Positions 10,017 to 20,090 of a stretch of DNA of 64,000 bases are shown here, one piece after another; within the stretch, counting starts at the first letter, position 1; each line of letters opens with the position of its first letter. The translations under genes were made by a program, and so were the position numbers. The DNA is taken from the NCBI GenBank assembly GCA_963753595.1, contig CAVWCX010000036.1:64001-128000 (forward strand). Reading direction: 5' to 3'. This DNA is from Candidatus Methanoperedenaceae archaeon (lineage in GTDB: Archaea; Halobacteriota; Methanosarcinia; Methanosarcinales; Methanoperedenaceae). Under the pieces are notes generated by a model. That model was not told the DNA's origin. It was given only the letters and a program-made list of their open reading frames with translations, and ran no database searches.

Positions 10017-11425
10017 GGTGGTTACCAAGACACCCTTGAAACCATTGGTAGATTTTTTTTCACCTCCTATGTGAGATATGCAACCGAAGAGAGATTTTCT
10101 TTTATACCATGCTGCAATCGTGCAAATGCTACTGCCAGCATGGCAATACAGCATTCTGTCACGTGAAGATCAATATTCTTCATACCTTTACCATTCAAAT
10201 GTACCTCAACTTCAAGGTGATCTTTCAGATAGCTATTGATTCCTTCGTTGCTGTTTCTTCTATGGTAGAGATCAAGAACATTATCGGGACACTCATCATA
10301 TTTATTCATATAGTCATTTCTAAAATACATGGCAACAGGGTCATGAAATCCCTTTTTGACCAGAAATTGCATCTTATATTCTAGAGAAGCATCTTTCTTA
10401 TATTTTGAATCTTGCCAATTTTTTCTATAGAGATAATTAATCTCCTGTTCAGGGGAGTAGATATAGGTTTTTCCATTAAACCTATGCTCGTATTTTACAT
10501 TTTCTCTCCAATCCTTGTCAATATGATAATGTGACATCAAACCCATTTCAACATGAGCAAATGCAATGTTTTTGTTGCTGTTATAACCGCCATCGAACCA
10601 AGTCTCTTCCATGTTCATCCCGGCAGATACTGCTGTCTTTCGGAGCATATCTTCAAGATATTTATCATCATCTTCAGTTCCACCGCATACCTTTTTGGCC
10701 AGAGGAATATTGTGCTCATAATCCATGGTTATTTGTGCTTTGACCATCTTTTTCTTATAATGGCCATTGTATTTTCCATCAGGATCGTTATGTGTCTTGA
10801 TTGGAGTACTATCTGTTCCAGTGCATTTTCCAATTTTTAAATCCAATCGGTTACCAGCTTCTACAACCTTTATACAAAAAAGTTGCATTATAGAATCCAT
10901 CCCCTTATTACCCAGTCTCACTTTTTCGAAATGCCTCAAAGTTTCATGATCTGGAACTATGATATTTTCATCCGGATCAATATTGAAACCCAATTCTAGT
11001 GCCTCATCAGGATGTGTTCTTAAGTTTCTTTCCTCTTTCGTATAATATTTTATTGTCTTTATGTTTCTCCAGATAAATGCCTTTACCATTGCCCTTCTTG
11101 GATAGGTTTCCACTCCTTCTTTAACGGTATAATGCTTGTTGATTTCAGGCATTATCGGATCCAGGTTTAATCCTTCCAGAAATTTTGATGCCCGAACGCT
11201 GTTCTCGGAGGTTGCATCTGCAAACTCTTCATTATTTGCATCGGTTTGACCGATGAATTTGTTCCAATAGCTTTTTATTTGCTTATCAACATTAAACTCC
11301 ATTGTTCATCCCCTCTTTGGAATTTTGTGATTAAAATAATAATGGGGGGATGAATAATATAAATCTTACTGCAAGTATAAAAAATAGTTAAATTTATAAG
11401 GCAAACCTATGAATTGGTAACCACC
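10017..11425 (-). mobile_element. insertion sequence, IS4/IS5-like DDE type
   Basis: Perfect 12-bp TIR GGTGGTTACCAA (10017-10028 / 11414-11425) and 5-bp TSD ATAGA on both sides. Confidence 0.92.
10067..11302 (-). CDS. DDE transposase
   Basis: DSTPI, WFDGGY, Y.RRNSNEGIN motifs; lies within TIRs. Confidence 0.9.
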   Translation of the reverse strand: MEFNVDKQIKSYWNKFIGQTDANNEEFADATSENSVRASKFLEGLNLDPIMPEINKHYTVKEGVETYPRRAMVKAFIWRNIKTIKYYTKEERNLRTHPDEALELGFNIDPDENIIVPDHETLRHFEKVRLGNKGMDSIMQLFCIKVVEAGNRLDLKIGKCTGTDSTPIKTHNDPDGKYNGHYKKKMVKAQITMDYEHNIPLAKKVCGGTEDDDKYLEDMLRKTAVSAGMNMEETWFDGGYNSNKNIAFAHVEMGLMSHYHIDKDWRENVKYEHRFNGKTYIYSPEQEINYLYRKNWQDSKYKKDASLEYKMQFLVKKGFHDPVAMYFRNDYMNKYDECPDNVLDLYHRRNSNEGINSYLKDHLEVEVHLNGKGMKNIDLHVTECCIAMLAVAFARLQHGIKENLSSVAYLT

Positions 11426-11503
11426 ATAGAAAATTGATTTTATTTTGAGTTCAATTGTATATACGCAAACCTTATCAGTATTTAAAAAGTATTAGGTTAA
11501 AAC

Positions 11504-12724
11504 GTGATAGAAAAAACCATTGCAGGATTGAAAGTAGGGGACGATCAACCTGTAAGGATAATGGGAGTAATTAATCTCAGCAAAGAGTCTTTTTATAAGA
11601 ATTCTGTGGTTTCACCTGAACATGTACTTGATGCTGCCCTCAAAATGATAGATGAAGGCGCAGATATTATCGATGTTGGGGCGCGTTCGACATGGCCTCT
11701 TGCAGCCAGAATATCAAAAAATGAAGAACGTTCCCGCCTGATACCTGCCGTTCGCGCCCTTGCGGATATTCCCGTGCCGGTTTCAGCGGATACGATGTTT
11801 TCAGACCTTGCAGAAGAAGCGCTTGTTGCCGGTGCGAAGATAATAAACGATGTTAGCGGCTTCACGGCTGATGAAAAAATGATGGACGTGGCTGGAAAAT
11901 ACGCCTGCCCTGTAATATTAATGGCTAGCAATAATATTCCGGGTGATCCGGTGGGAATGGATGCGATAATGGAGTCACTGGGAAGAATAATTGAACGGGC
12001 CGAGAATTGCGGAATTTCACCGGATTCAATTATCATCGACCCGGCTATTGGAAAATGGACTTCACAAAAGCTTCCTGTTTTTGATTATGAGACAATTGAC
12101 AGCATCAATAGACTCAGGATTTTTAATAAACCCATATTAGCAGCAATATCACGAAAATCTTTCATTGGTGAGACATTGAACAAACCCGCAGCTGAAAGGC
12201 TTTATGGAAGCCTTGCAGCAACTGCGATTGCAGTAAGGAACGGGGCGCATATAATACGTACCCATGATGTAGCGCCAACTGTAGATGCAGTCAGGGTCGC
12301 CCAGGCAGCACGGGCAAAGATCCCCAAAGCCAGGTCAGGAACTATTGTTGCACAATTGCTTGATATTAAAAATATTGAGGATTGCCGGGAAGCGATGCTA
12401 TCGATAGGTGTGACCTCAACCGGAAGTCAGATTATGAAGAAAAAAACATTGATTTACAACATTTTGATCAATAATATAAGCACAACCGAAGCATTAATAA
12501 TAAAGCAGGAGATGCTGGCCAGAGGCGGAGATGCAGCCCTTCCGCGCGAAGCTGTTTCTCATGAAATCGAAAAGGTGAGCCTCATTATTTCAGGAACACA
12601 TCTCCAGGTTGAACGTCTTATAAATAAAATCCGCCGCCAGGTAAGAGAGCTTCCCGCAATTGCAGATATGCTGACCGAATTGATGAATAAGAACAATGAT
12701 ACAGTTTTCAGGTATTCAAGATAA
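11504..12724 (+). CDS. folP: dihydropteroate synthase with C-terminal extension
   Basis: IMGVINLS.ESF, DVGARST, INDVSG, SRKSFI, IIRTHDV. Confidence 0.92.
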   Translation: MIEKTIAGLKVGDDQPVRIMGVINLSKESFYKNSVVSPEHVLDAALKMIDEGADIIDVGARSTWPLAARISKNEERSRLIPAVRALADIPVPVSADTMFSDLAEEALVAGAKIINDVSGFTADEKMMDVAGKYACPVILMASNNIPGDPVGMDAIMESLGRIIERAENCGISPDSIIIDPAIGKWTSQKLPVFDYETIDSINRLRIFNKPILAAISRKSFIGETLNKPAAERLYGSLAATAIAVRNGAHIIRTHDVAPTVDAVRVAQAARAKIPKARSGTIVAQLLDIKNIEDCREAMLSIGVTSTGSQIMKKKTLIYNILINNISTTEALIIKQEMLARGGDAALPREAVSHEIEKVSLIISGTHLQVERLINKIRRQVRELPAIADMLTELMNKNNDTVFRYSR

Positions 12725-12726
12725 AA

Positions 12727-13353
12727 ATGATAATTTCAAGGCAAAAAGAATTCAATGATATCCTGCAACTGGTCAGTGAGAAAAATATTTTCATAATCGG
12801 CTGCGGAAAATGTGCGAAAAAACAGCGAGTTGGCGGGGAACCTGAAGTCCTTGACATGAAAAAAAAACTTGAAGCTTCAGGAAAAAATATTACCGGATGG
12901 ACGGTTTTAAGTTCTGCCTGCAGCATCAGTTCCTGGGAGGAGGTCCTGTCACAGAATCCCGGTATTAAAAAGGCTGGCGCACTTCTGGTAATGTCATGCG
13001 GGGGAGGCGTTTCTGTGATATCAGGATTTGCGGGGCTGCAGGTATATCCTGCTCTTGATACGGAATCCCTCGGAGGAGTTTGCTGTAATGAAGTGGTAAC
13101 AGAACAATGCGGCATGTGCGGGGATTGCACGATATGGTTATACGGCGGAATTTGTCCAGTCATCCGGTGCCCAAAAAGTCTTTTAAATGGGCCATGCGGC
13201 GGCGCAGTTGAGGGAAAATGCGAAGTGGATGAACGCTTATGCGCATGGGATAAGATATTTGAAAGGTTAAAAGAGCTGGGGAAACTTGAAAATATTGAAA
13301 ATATACATGAGCCAAAAGACCACAGGAAAAAAGGCAGGGTGAAAAAAACTTGA
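12727..13353 (+). CDS. metV: methylenetetrahydrofolate reductase C-terminal-domain Fe-S/Zn protein (MetV-like)
   Basis: CGMCGDC...CPVIRCPKSLLNGPCGG...CEV...CAW. Confidence 0.88.
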   Translation: MIISRQKEFNDILQLVSEKNIFIIGCGKCAKKQRVGGEPEVLDMKKKLEASGKNITGWTVLSSACSISSWEEVLSQNPGIKKAGALLVMSCGGGVSVISGFAGLQVYPALDTESLGGVCCNEVVTEQCGMCGDCTIWLYGGICPVIRCPKSLLNGPCGGAVEGKCEVDERLCAWDKIFERLKELGKLENIENIHEPKDHRKKGRVKKT

Positions 13354-14228
13354 GCTTCATTTCAAAATTACGATCGGGAAAATTCATGATCACAGCAGAG
13401 ATCAGCCCCCCAAAAGGGACTGATACATCGCGAATGTTACGAGATGCTACCCTGTTAAAAGATATAGCTGATGCAGTAAATGTGACTGATAACCAGAGGG
13501 CTGTGATGAGAATGAGTCCTCTTGCAGCATGCAGTATCCTCCGGGGGAATGGATTGGAAACCATTATGCATATCACTTGCAGGGACAGGAACAGGCTTGC
13601 TCTCCAGTCTGAACTTATCGGGGCCTGGGCTCTTGGAATAAGAAATATACTCGTTATGTCAGGAGACCATCCTTCAAAAGGCGACCATGAGGGAGCAAAA
13701 CCTGTTTATGATCTTGACTCTGTGCAGCTTCTCGCAATGTTACGGAAATTGAACCAGGGAGTAGATCATTCAGGAAATAAACTGGATGGGATGACGGATT
13801 TCTGCGTGGGTGCTGTAACAAATACCGGATTAAATGAAGCAGCACTTATTAAGCTTAAGAAAAAAATAAAGGCGGGAGCAGTTTTTCTTCAAACACAGGC
13901 TGTATTTGATGTAAAACGTTTTTCTGAATTTATTGAAAAAACCGAGGAAATCAGATCAAAACAATCAAAAAAAATAAAGATTATTGCCGGTATAATACCT
14001 TTAAGATCAGAAAGGAGTGCGCTTTTTCTTAACAAGGTTCCCGGCATAAGAGTTCCTGATGATATGATCAAACAAATAAAAGATGCAAATAATCCTGAAA
14101 TCGAAGGCATGAGAATTACCGCAAATATAATAAAAGAATTACGGACAATGTGCGACGGCGTCCATATTATGCCGGTCGGGAACCACGAAAATACAAAAAA
14201 GTTGCTCGAAATGGCAGGTTTAATATGA
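13350..14228 (+). CDS. metF: methylenetetrahydrofolate reductase
   Basis: TAEISPPKG, NVTDN, TCRDRNRLALQS, QTQ. Confidence 0.92.
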   Translation: MSFISKLRSGKFMITAEISPPKGTDTSRMLRDATLLKDIADAVNVTDNQRAVMRMSPLAACSILRGNGLETIMHITCRDRNRLALQSELIGAWALGIRNILVMSGDHPSKGDHEGAKPVYDLDSVQLLAMLRKLNQGVDHSGNKLDGMTDFCVGAVTNTGLNEAALIKLKKKIKAGAVFLQTQAVFDVKRFSEFIEKTEEIRSKQSKKIKIIAGIIPLRSERSALFLNKVPGIRVPDDMIKQIKDANNPEIEGMRITANIIKELRTMCDGVHIMPVGNHENTKKLLEMAGLI

Positions 14229-15517
14229 AGAATATGCAGACTCAGATTGAACATGCAAGGGATGGAATAGCAACACAACAAATGGAAGAGGTCGCAAGGA
14301 CTGAAAATATCAATATCGATACCCTCATTTCGCGTATTTCAAATGGAAGTATCGTAATAATGAACCGGGGAAATATTGGAGATAATAATAGGGGTAGTGT
14401 ATCTGGTAATGTATCTGTCGGCATCGGTAAAGGTCTGTCAACAAAAGTCAATGTGAATTTAGGCACATCTACCTTAAAGATCGATCCTGATGAAGAGGTA
14501 AAAAAAGCCCGTATCGCCCAGATGTATGGCGCTGACACGATAACTGATCTTTCCATGGGCGGGAATATTTCCTATATCCGAAAGATGATAATGGAGAATA
14601 CAACTCTTCCTTTGACCACTGTCCCGATTTACCAGGCTGCGGCCGAAAAAGGTCTTGGGAATATCGATTGCGATGATATCATCAAGAACTTAAAACAGCA
14701 GGCTGATGAAGGTATCAGTTCTTTTGTGCTTCATTGCATCGATAAAAAGACACTCGATATAATGAAAAAAGGAAAACGAATAATGGGTGTTGTATCAAAA
14801 GGAGGATCAATAACAAGCGCCTATATGATGCTTAATAAATGTGAAAATCCTTTTATTTCGAATTTTGAGGAAGTCCTGGAGATCCTTAGAATGCATGATA
14901 TTGTGCTCTCACTTGGCAATACCATGCGAAGCGGATGCATTCACGATAAACGGGATAAAGCACAAATTGCAGAGATAAAGCAGAATGTAAAACTTGCAAA
15001 AATCGCAAATGACGCAGGTATCCAGGTAATAATAGAAGGAATGGGCGGGCATGTCGGCGCTGACAGGATAGCTGAGTATGTCAGGTTCCATAAAAAACAA
15101 TCCGGTCATCCTCTCTTTGTTGCCGGGCCGCTTCCTACTGATGTTGCAGTCGGGTATGATCATATTGCAGGAAGCGTCGGAGCAAGCCTGGCAAGCGGGG
15201 CTGGTGCTGATTACCTGTGTTATATCACTCCATCAGAGCACCTTGGTCTTCCAGGCCCCGAACAGGTGCGGGAAGGACTCATCGCTTTTAAGATAGCGGC
15301 ACATATTGGCGATTCCATCAAATACGGCCCTCATGAAAGAGACAGGGATCTTGCTAAAAAAAGGGCAAATCTTGACTGGGAAGGGCAGATGGAATATGCT
15401 ATTGATAGTGACAGGGCAAGGGAATTATCGCCAAAAGAAGGGCCGTGTACCATGTGCGGGGATTTCTGCGCAATTAAAATAATGAAGGAGTTTGGAACAT
15501 GCAATTATTCGGGATAA
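14225..15517 (+). CDS. ThiC-family radical SAM enzyme (divergent ThiC/Bza paralogue)
   Basis: KVNVNLGTS, DLS.GG, TVPIYQ, GYDHI, LCYITPSEHL, CTMCGDFC; start placed at ATG 14225 overlapping the metF stop. Confidence 0.85.
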   Translation: MKNMQTQIEHARDGIATQQMEEVARTENINIDTLISRISNGSIVIMNRGNIGDNNRGSVSGNVSVGIGKGLSTKVNVNLGTSTLKIDPDEEVKKARIAQMYGADTITDLSMGGNISYIRKMIMENTTLPLTTVPIYQAAAEKGLGNIDCDDIIKNLKQQADEGISSFVLHCIDKKTLDIMKKGKRIMGVVSKGGSITSAYMMLNKCENPFISNFEEVLEILRMHDIVLSLGNTMRSGCIHDKRDKAQIAEIKQNVKLAKIANDAGIQVIIEGMGGHVGADRIAEYVRFHKKQSGHPLFVAGPLPTDVAVGYDHIAGSVGASLASGAGADYLCYITPSEHLGLPGPEQVREGLIAFKIAAHIGDSIKYGPHERDRDLAKKRANLDWEGQMEYAIDSDRARELSPKEGPCTMCGDFCAIKIMKEFGTCNYSG

Positions 15518-16266
15518 AAACACAGCTGATAAAACCGGGAGACGATTTTGCGCAAATACTTATCGAGTCCCTTACTTTGGCGGGAATAAAGCCGCAGGAC
15601 AATGATATTTTCGTCCTCGCAGAATCAGCGGTTGCCACCGCAGAAGGCGGGATCGTGAAATTAGACACAGTAAAACCTTCTAAAAAAGCGATCGAACTTT
15701 CAAAAATATATCAAAATGACCCGCGGAAAATGGAGCTGATAATGAGGGAATCTGATGAGATCCTTGGAGGGATACCAGGTGTGGTCGTGACCATTACAAA
15801 AGGTGTGCTCTCGCCAAGCGCAGGGATCGATAATTCAAATGCTCCTGAGGGGTATGTGGTTCTGCTTCCGCATGATCCGACAAAGAGTGCAATTGATATA
15901 AGGAAGAAACTAATGGAAGAATACAATTGCAATATTGCTGTTATAGTTGGCGATAGCAGGACACAGCCCTTGCGCCTTGGATGCGTTGGGATCGCACTTG
16001 GATGCGCGGGTATTGAACCTGTGGAGGATATCCGGGGGCGCAAAGACCTTTTCGGAAAACCGCTTTTAATTACAAGGCGGGCTACCGCTGATAATCTTGT
16101 ATCGGCAGCGCAGATTATCATGGGTGAAGCCGACGAAAGCACTCCGGCAGTGCTTATCAGGGATGCGCCTGCTGTATTCATAGATGGCAGCGTGGATATC
16201 CCGCAGATACCCAGAGTTGAATGCCTTTATTTTGCTTGTTTTGATAAAACCGGAAATAACCGTTAA
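15499..16266 (+). CDS. cofE: CofE-family gamma-glutamyl ligase
   Basis: IKPGDD, AGIDNSN, DSRTQPLR.G, DLFG, GEADESTP. Confidence 0.85.
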   Translation: MQLFGIKTQLIKPGDDFAQILIESLTLAGIKPQDNDIFVLAESAVATAEGGIVKLDTVKPSKKAIELSKIYQNDPRKMELIMRESDEILGGIPGVVVTITKGVLSPSAGIDNSNAPEGYVVLLPHDPTKSAIDIRKKLMEEYNCNIAVIVGDSRTQPLRLGCVGIALGCAGIEPVEDIRGRKDLFGKPLLITRRATADNLVSAAQIIMGEADESTPAVLIRDAPAVFIDGSVDIPQIPRVECLYFACFDKTGNNR

Positions 16267-16365
16267 AAACGTTATATTTTTAATATACAGAAACATTAAA
16301 TGAAGAATAAGATAAATTAAATGAAGATAAGATAAAATATCTGAGAAAAGAATATTGAGGGAATT

Positions 16366-17550
16366 ATGGCATTCGTTCAAACATTAATGAATTCTAAGAA
16401 ACATATTGATGAAGCTGATCTTGAAATCGACATTGGGAAAAATATAGCTTTGCGGCCAAGACTTGAGAATATGCAGTTTTTGGAAAGTGGAGTTGAAGCA
16501 AACCTTTACCGCATGCTTTATTCCCAGGGTCCCGGAAATGGTACAGCCCTTTTCATGCCTTTTGACCAGAAAAGTTCCGAACACGGCCCTGGTCATGAAT
16601 TCCTGTGGGAAAACGATGGGGCAGGCGCAAATGAAATAAATCTCCGGGGAAAAGGCTCGGCAGACATGCGATCCATTGCAGAATTGGTGAATCGTGGCAA
16701 TTTTTCAGGATATGTCCTGCACCCTGGCAATGTAAGGCAGTTCAAGCACTTATTCAGGCCTGATATTCCTTTGATATACAAGATAGATGGACACATTTCG
16801 CAGCCACAGAGCGCCGGATTTATGTCAACTGTGGGCACAATTGAAGAAGCGCTTAAATACGGTGCTTCCGCTATCGGTTTGACAATCTACCCTGGCGGTG
16901 AGCATGTCAAATCTGACTTTGAACGAGCAGCAGAAATTATCAGGAAAGCTCATGATGCGGGTCTTGTTGCTGTGGTCTGGGCTTATGCGAGAGGGCTTGG
17001 GTTAGATGATAAAACTAAATTTAAAGACAAAGAGGGTGAATTCCAGGGCGTGACCCAGGCCGACAGCCTGTACTGGACACATTATGCTGTTTCGATAGCC
17101 TCAGGATTACTGGGCGCAGATATTGTCAAAACCAAATATCCGGCAAAGGTAAAGCCTGACAACCGAAGAGCATACGATTCTCATATAGAAGGTCTTGCAA
17201 AAAAGAACTCAAGCATGATCGCTTACAAATACCTCGAACCAAAAAATGCAGAAACCACATTGACAGCCGGGCAGGAAATATTCAGGGCAAGCATTGTTGT
17301 GCAGGCTGCTCCTCATTCTATTGTTATTTTCTCAGGCGGGCCTAAACTGCCGGGTAATCCCACACAGAGCCTGGTGAAACAAACGGAAATCGTGATGAAA
17401 GCAGGTGCTGAAGGCGGTATTTATGGACGAAACATATGGGGATTGCCAGTCAAAGAGGGATTAGAAGCAGCCCGTGCGGTGAATGAGGTTATCAGTAAAC
17501 CGGAATTTCACAGGAAGCTGATACAGGCGAGGTTTGCAGGATACCAATAA
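16366..17550 (+). CDS. class I fructose-bisphosphate aldolase (DhnA family)
   Basis: PFDQ..EHGP, VVWAYARG, GADIVKT, FSGG, GRNIW. Confidence 0.85.
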   Translation: MAFVQTLMNSKKHIDEADLEIDIGKNIALRPRLENMQFLESGVEANLYRMLYSQGPGNGTALFMPFDQKSSEHGPGHEFLWENDGAGANEINLRGKGSADMRSIAELVNRGNFSGYVLHPGNVRQFKHLFRPDIPLIYKIDGHISQPQSAGFMSTVGTIEEALKYGASAIGLTIYPGGEHVKSDFERAAEIIRKAHDAGLVAVVWAYARGLGLDDKTKFKDKEGEFQGVTQADSLYWTHYAVSIASGLLGADIVKTKYPAKVKPDNRRAYDSHIEGLAKKNSSMIAYKYLEPKNAETTLTAGQEIFRASIVVQAAPHSIVIFSGGPKLPGNPTQSLVKQTEIVMKAGAEGGIYGRNIWGLPVKEGLEAARAVNEVISKPEFHRKLIQARFAGYQ

Positions 17551-17570
17551 TTATAGTTAAGAACCTAATT

Positions 17571-17672
17571 TAAATGAACATGAAAAAAACAACGAACTAA
17601 TACGAACTGAAACGAACTCCAGATAGCGTGAGTTCGTTTCAGTTCGTACGTGTTAGTTGTTAATTTTTTTAA
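17571..17672. repeat. REP/MITE-like palindromic element, copy 1
   Basis: Perfect 19-bp IR TACGAACTGAAACGAACTC (17601-17619 / 17630-17648); similar to 19039-19140. Confidence 0.8.
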
Positions 17673-17711
17673 TAGAATAACAAAAAACAAAAAATGGTTT
17701 AAATTTAAAGT

Positions 17712-17858
17712 TCAAAAACCATTTTTAGAATAAAACCGCATTCCAAAATGTTCACACTGGCCGGCTTCGCAATCCTCCTCTTGCCGCCTGTCACAATGTG
17801 AAATCGTTAGAAGTCTTATGGCCATATCATGTTTTTGGCAGTATGGTGAAACTATCAT
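17712..17858 (-). CDS. small Cys/His-rich hypothetical protein
   Basis: MIVSPYCQKHD...CDRRQEEDCEAGQCEHF preceded by an AGGAGG RBS. Confidence 0.5.
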   Translation of the reverse strand: MIVSPYCQKHDMAIRLLTISHCDRRQEEDCEAGQCEHFGMRFYSKNGF

Positions 17859-18003
17859 TTTATTCCTCCTTTTATGTCGGCGATTTTTATTAATCGTCAA
17901 CAATAAGTAAATAATTCCTATGGTATATATTATTAACCCATAATTATATAATTGTAATTATCATCATCATCATACGATAACAATAGAATTAAATGGATAA
18001 GCG

Positions 18004-18555
18004 TTACCAGCTTTTTCCGAATTTTTCCCTGAATATAAGTTGACCAAGTTCCTTCCTTTCCGGAATCCTTTTCGTATCAACAGGATGCCCCAGGGCAACT
18101 ACAGCCATTAATTCAAATGAATCCGGAGCTCCAAGGACTTTATTGACATTTTCCTTATTATCCAGTATCTCGCCGAGCCAGACTGCCCCAAGTCCAATGG
18201 AATGAGTGGCAAGGAGCATATTCTGGATACATGCGCCTATTGATTGCACATCTTTTACATAATGGTACATGTGGTCTTTGTCCAGGAAAACAACTATCAA
18301 AAGTGGTGCTTTCTTAATAGTAGGGCCATATTTGGTAAGATTTGATAGTGCGACCTTTGTTCCGGACTCACGGACTATAATAAATCGCCATGCCTGGTTG
18401 TTCAAACCCGAGGGTGCCCATCTTCCCGCCTCAAGGATCTGTAATACTTTCTCATCACTCACATTTTCATCAGTAAATCCACGAACACTGCGTCTTGATT
18501 TTATTGCTTCTATCGTATCCATATTATCACCCATACTATCCATATTATTATCCAT
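18004..18555 (-). CDS. nitroreductase family protein
   Basis: SRRSVR, APSGLNNQAW, NMLLA..S.GLGAVW. Confidence 0.93.
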   Translation of the reverse strand: MDNNMDSMGDNMDTIEAIKSRRSVRGFTDENVSDEKVLQILEAGRWAPSGLNNQAWRFIIVRESGTKVALSNLTKYGPTIKKAPLLIVVFLDKDHMYHYVKDVQSIGACIQNMLLATHSIGLGAVWLGEILDNKENVNKVLGAPDSFELMAVVALGHPVDTKRIPERKELGQLIFREKFGKSW

Positions 18556-18883
18556 ACATTAGAGGATCAGGAGGCGCCATTTGCATCATCGGAATAAGGT
18601 TTTCAAGTGATATCGGGAAAACTGCCATAATTTTTTCGCCGCATACCGGACATTTCCTTGACAAATTCAGTGGAGTTACTCTGATCGTTTCATCATATAT
18701 AGATTCGGAAATATATGTGCTGACTGTCTGGATGGTCTGTCCGATATCAAATTCCCCGCCTGAAAGAAAATCATAATAAGTAATTTTTTCGGAAAACCCG
18801 CATTTGCATTTCAGCTCGATCTTATTTTTCAGGAACCTGTTGTTCCTGTTTTTTTGGATCAATGAAATAATCGTATCCTTCAT
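18548..18883 (-). CDS. hypothetical Zn-finger protein
   Basis: CKCG and CPVCG pairs; overlaps the nitroreductase start. Confidence 0.65.
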   Translation of the reverse strand: MKDTIISLIQKNRNNRFLKNKIELKCKCGFSEKITYYDFLSGGEFDIGQTIQTVSTYISESIYDETIRVTPLNLSRKCPVCGEKIMAVFPISLENLIPMMQMAPPDPLMYG

Positions 18884-18924
18884 CTATTGTTAGATTCATT
18901 TACATGTACTAAATTATTTCGTAA

Positions 18925-19200
18925 GCTGTGGGTGCAAAATCTGTTGGTGTTAAATCTTGCATAGAGTAACTTTGCGCTCTTTGCGTACTTTGCGGTGCAC
19001 GATTTTTCACTGCAAAGTCGGCCATTAACTGTGGTTCATAAATGAACATGAAAAAAACAGCAAATTAAACGAACTGTTACGAACTCCGGTAGCGTGAGTT
19101 CGTTTCAGTTCGTAAGAGTTAGTTGTTTATTTTTTTCATACCAGGGCGCAAAGTACGCAAAGGGTTTGCTCTCAACACCAAACTTTTTGACAGCCCCGTA
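18925..19200. repeat. nested palindromic MITE-like element containing REP-like copy 2
   Basis: 16-bp IR CTTTGCGTACTTTGCG (18979-18994 / 19147-19162) around inner copy 19039-19140; IS-like terminus TTTTTGACAGCCCC. Confidence 0.7.
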
Positions 19201-19225
19201 GTGCTTCTAATGCATTTCAGGGAAA

Positions 19226-19954
19226 TTAAAATGTCTTGAATCCAAAAGCGATTAAAAACATTATAAGCAGAGGCTGGTGAATTAAATAAACAGTTAACGA
19301 ATGTTTACCCAAAAACTTGAATATACCTGAAAAACTGCTATTGAACTTGATTTTTTCAGTTTTTGAAACGATATATTTCCCGTAATAGATGCCAAGTAAA
19401 ATGACGCTCAGCCACGGTATGATCGGAAAATAATCGAATGTGGAAAATTTTTCAGGAACAAAACCAAGCCAGAGGAGGGATGAAAAGTGAAAAGTTTGCT
19501 GCTGCAGAAAAACACCAGTTAGAATAAGCGATAAGCCAACAATAAGGTTCAGCTTATTATACTTTATGAAAACCGGTATGAAAAAAGAGGCAACAGCGAA
19601 GAAATGCAGTATGCCGAAAAATATTGTATTCGGGCGTACAAAAACATAAGTGAATAATGTTATTAATATTGCATAAAAAAGAAGCTTCATTCCCCGTATT
19701 ATATACTTCCTTGTTACTTTTTCCTTTTGTTTTTGATAGCTTACATAAGCTGTAACACCTGATATGAAAATAAAAATAGAAGCGATAGAAACAGGAAGTA
19801 TGTAGCGGTATAAATAATTTGAGGGTATGCTAATCAAATTGAAATAATCCAGGGTGATAGAATAATTAAATAAAACCATAAATATGATATCAATACCCTT
19901 TACAAGATCAATTGCCTGTATTCTATCCTGTTCGAGGGGAGGGTTTTTTGGCAT
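19226..19954 (-). CDS. DUF1624 / HGSNAT-like membrane acyltransferase
   Basis: RI.AID..KG, FGILH, DYFPIIPW, G.HSL.VYLIHQP. Confidence 0.85.
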   Translation of the reverse strand: MPKNPPLEQDRIQAIDLVKGIDIIFMVLFNYSITLDYFNLISIPSNYLYRYILPVSIASIFIFISGVTAYVSYQKQKEKVTRKYIIRGMKLLFYAILITLFTYVFVRPNTIFFGILHFFAVASFFIPVFIKYNKLNLIVGLSLILTGVFLQQQTFHFSSLLWLGFVPEKFSTFDYFPIIPWLSVILLGIYYGKYIVSKTEKIKFNSSFSGIFKFLGKHSLTVYLIHQPLLIMFLIAFGFKTF

Positions 19955-20090
19955 TCATTATACTCTTAGGGATTAATCGTTAATAAGATAGCGGTATTTC
20001 AGAGATCAAACCGAAAAGTTACTATATATGAGGTCAATAATATAGAATAAGGGAAAGAACCAGAATAAATTAGCTGACGGGGAGGATGCT

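Noticed and set aside
14150-14224. N-terminal extensions in the ORF track (ThiC-like; also 20770, 24054, 37445, 56056)
   Set aside because: They overlap upstream genes or lack an RBS; downstream ATGs fit translational coupling or RBS better
17571-19140. CRISPR array
   Set aside because: Only two dispersed hairpin copies, no repeat-spacer periodicity, no cas genes
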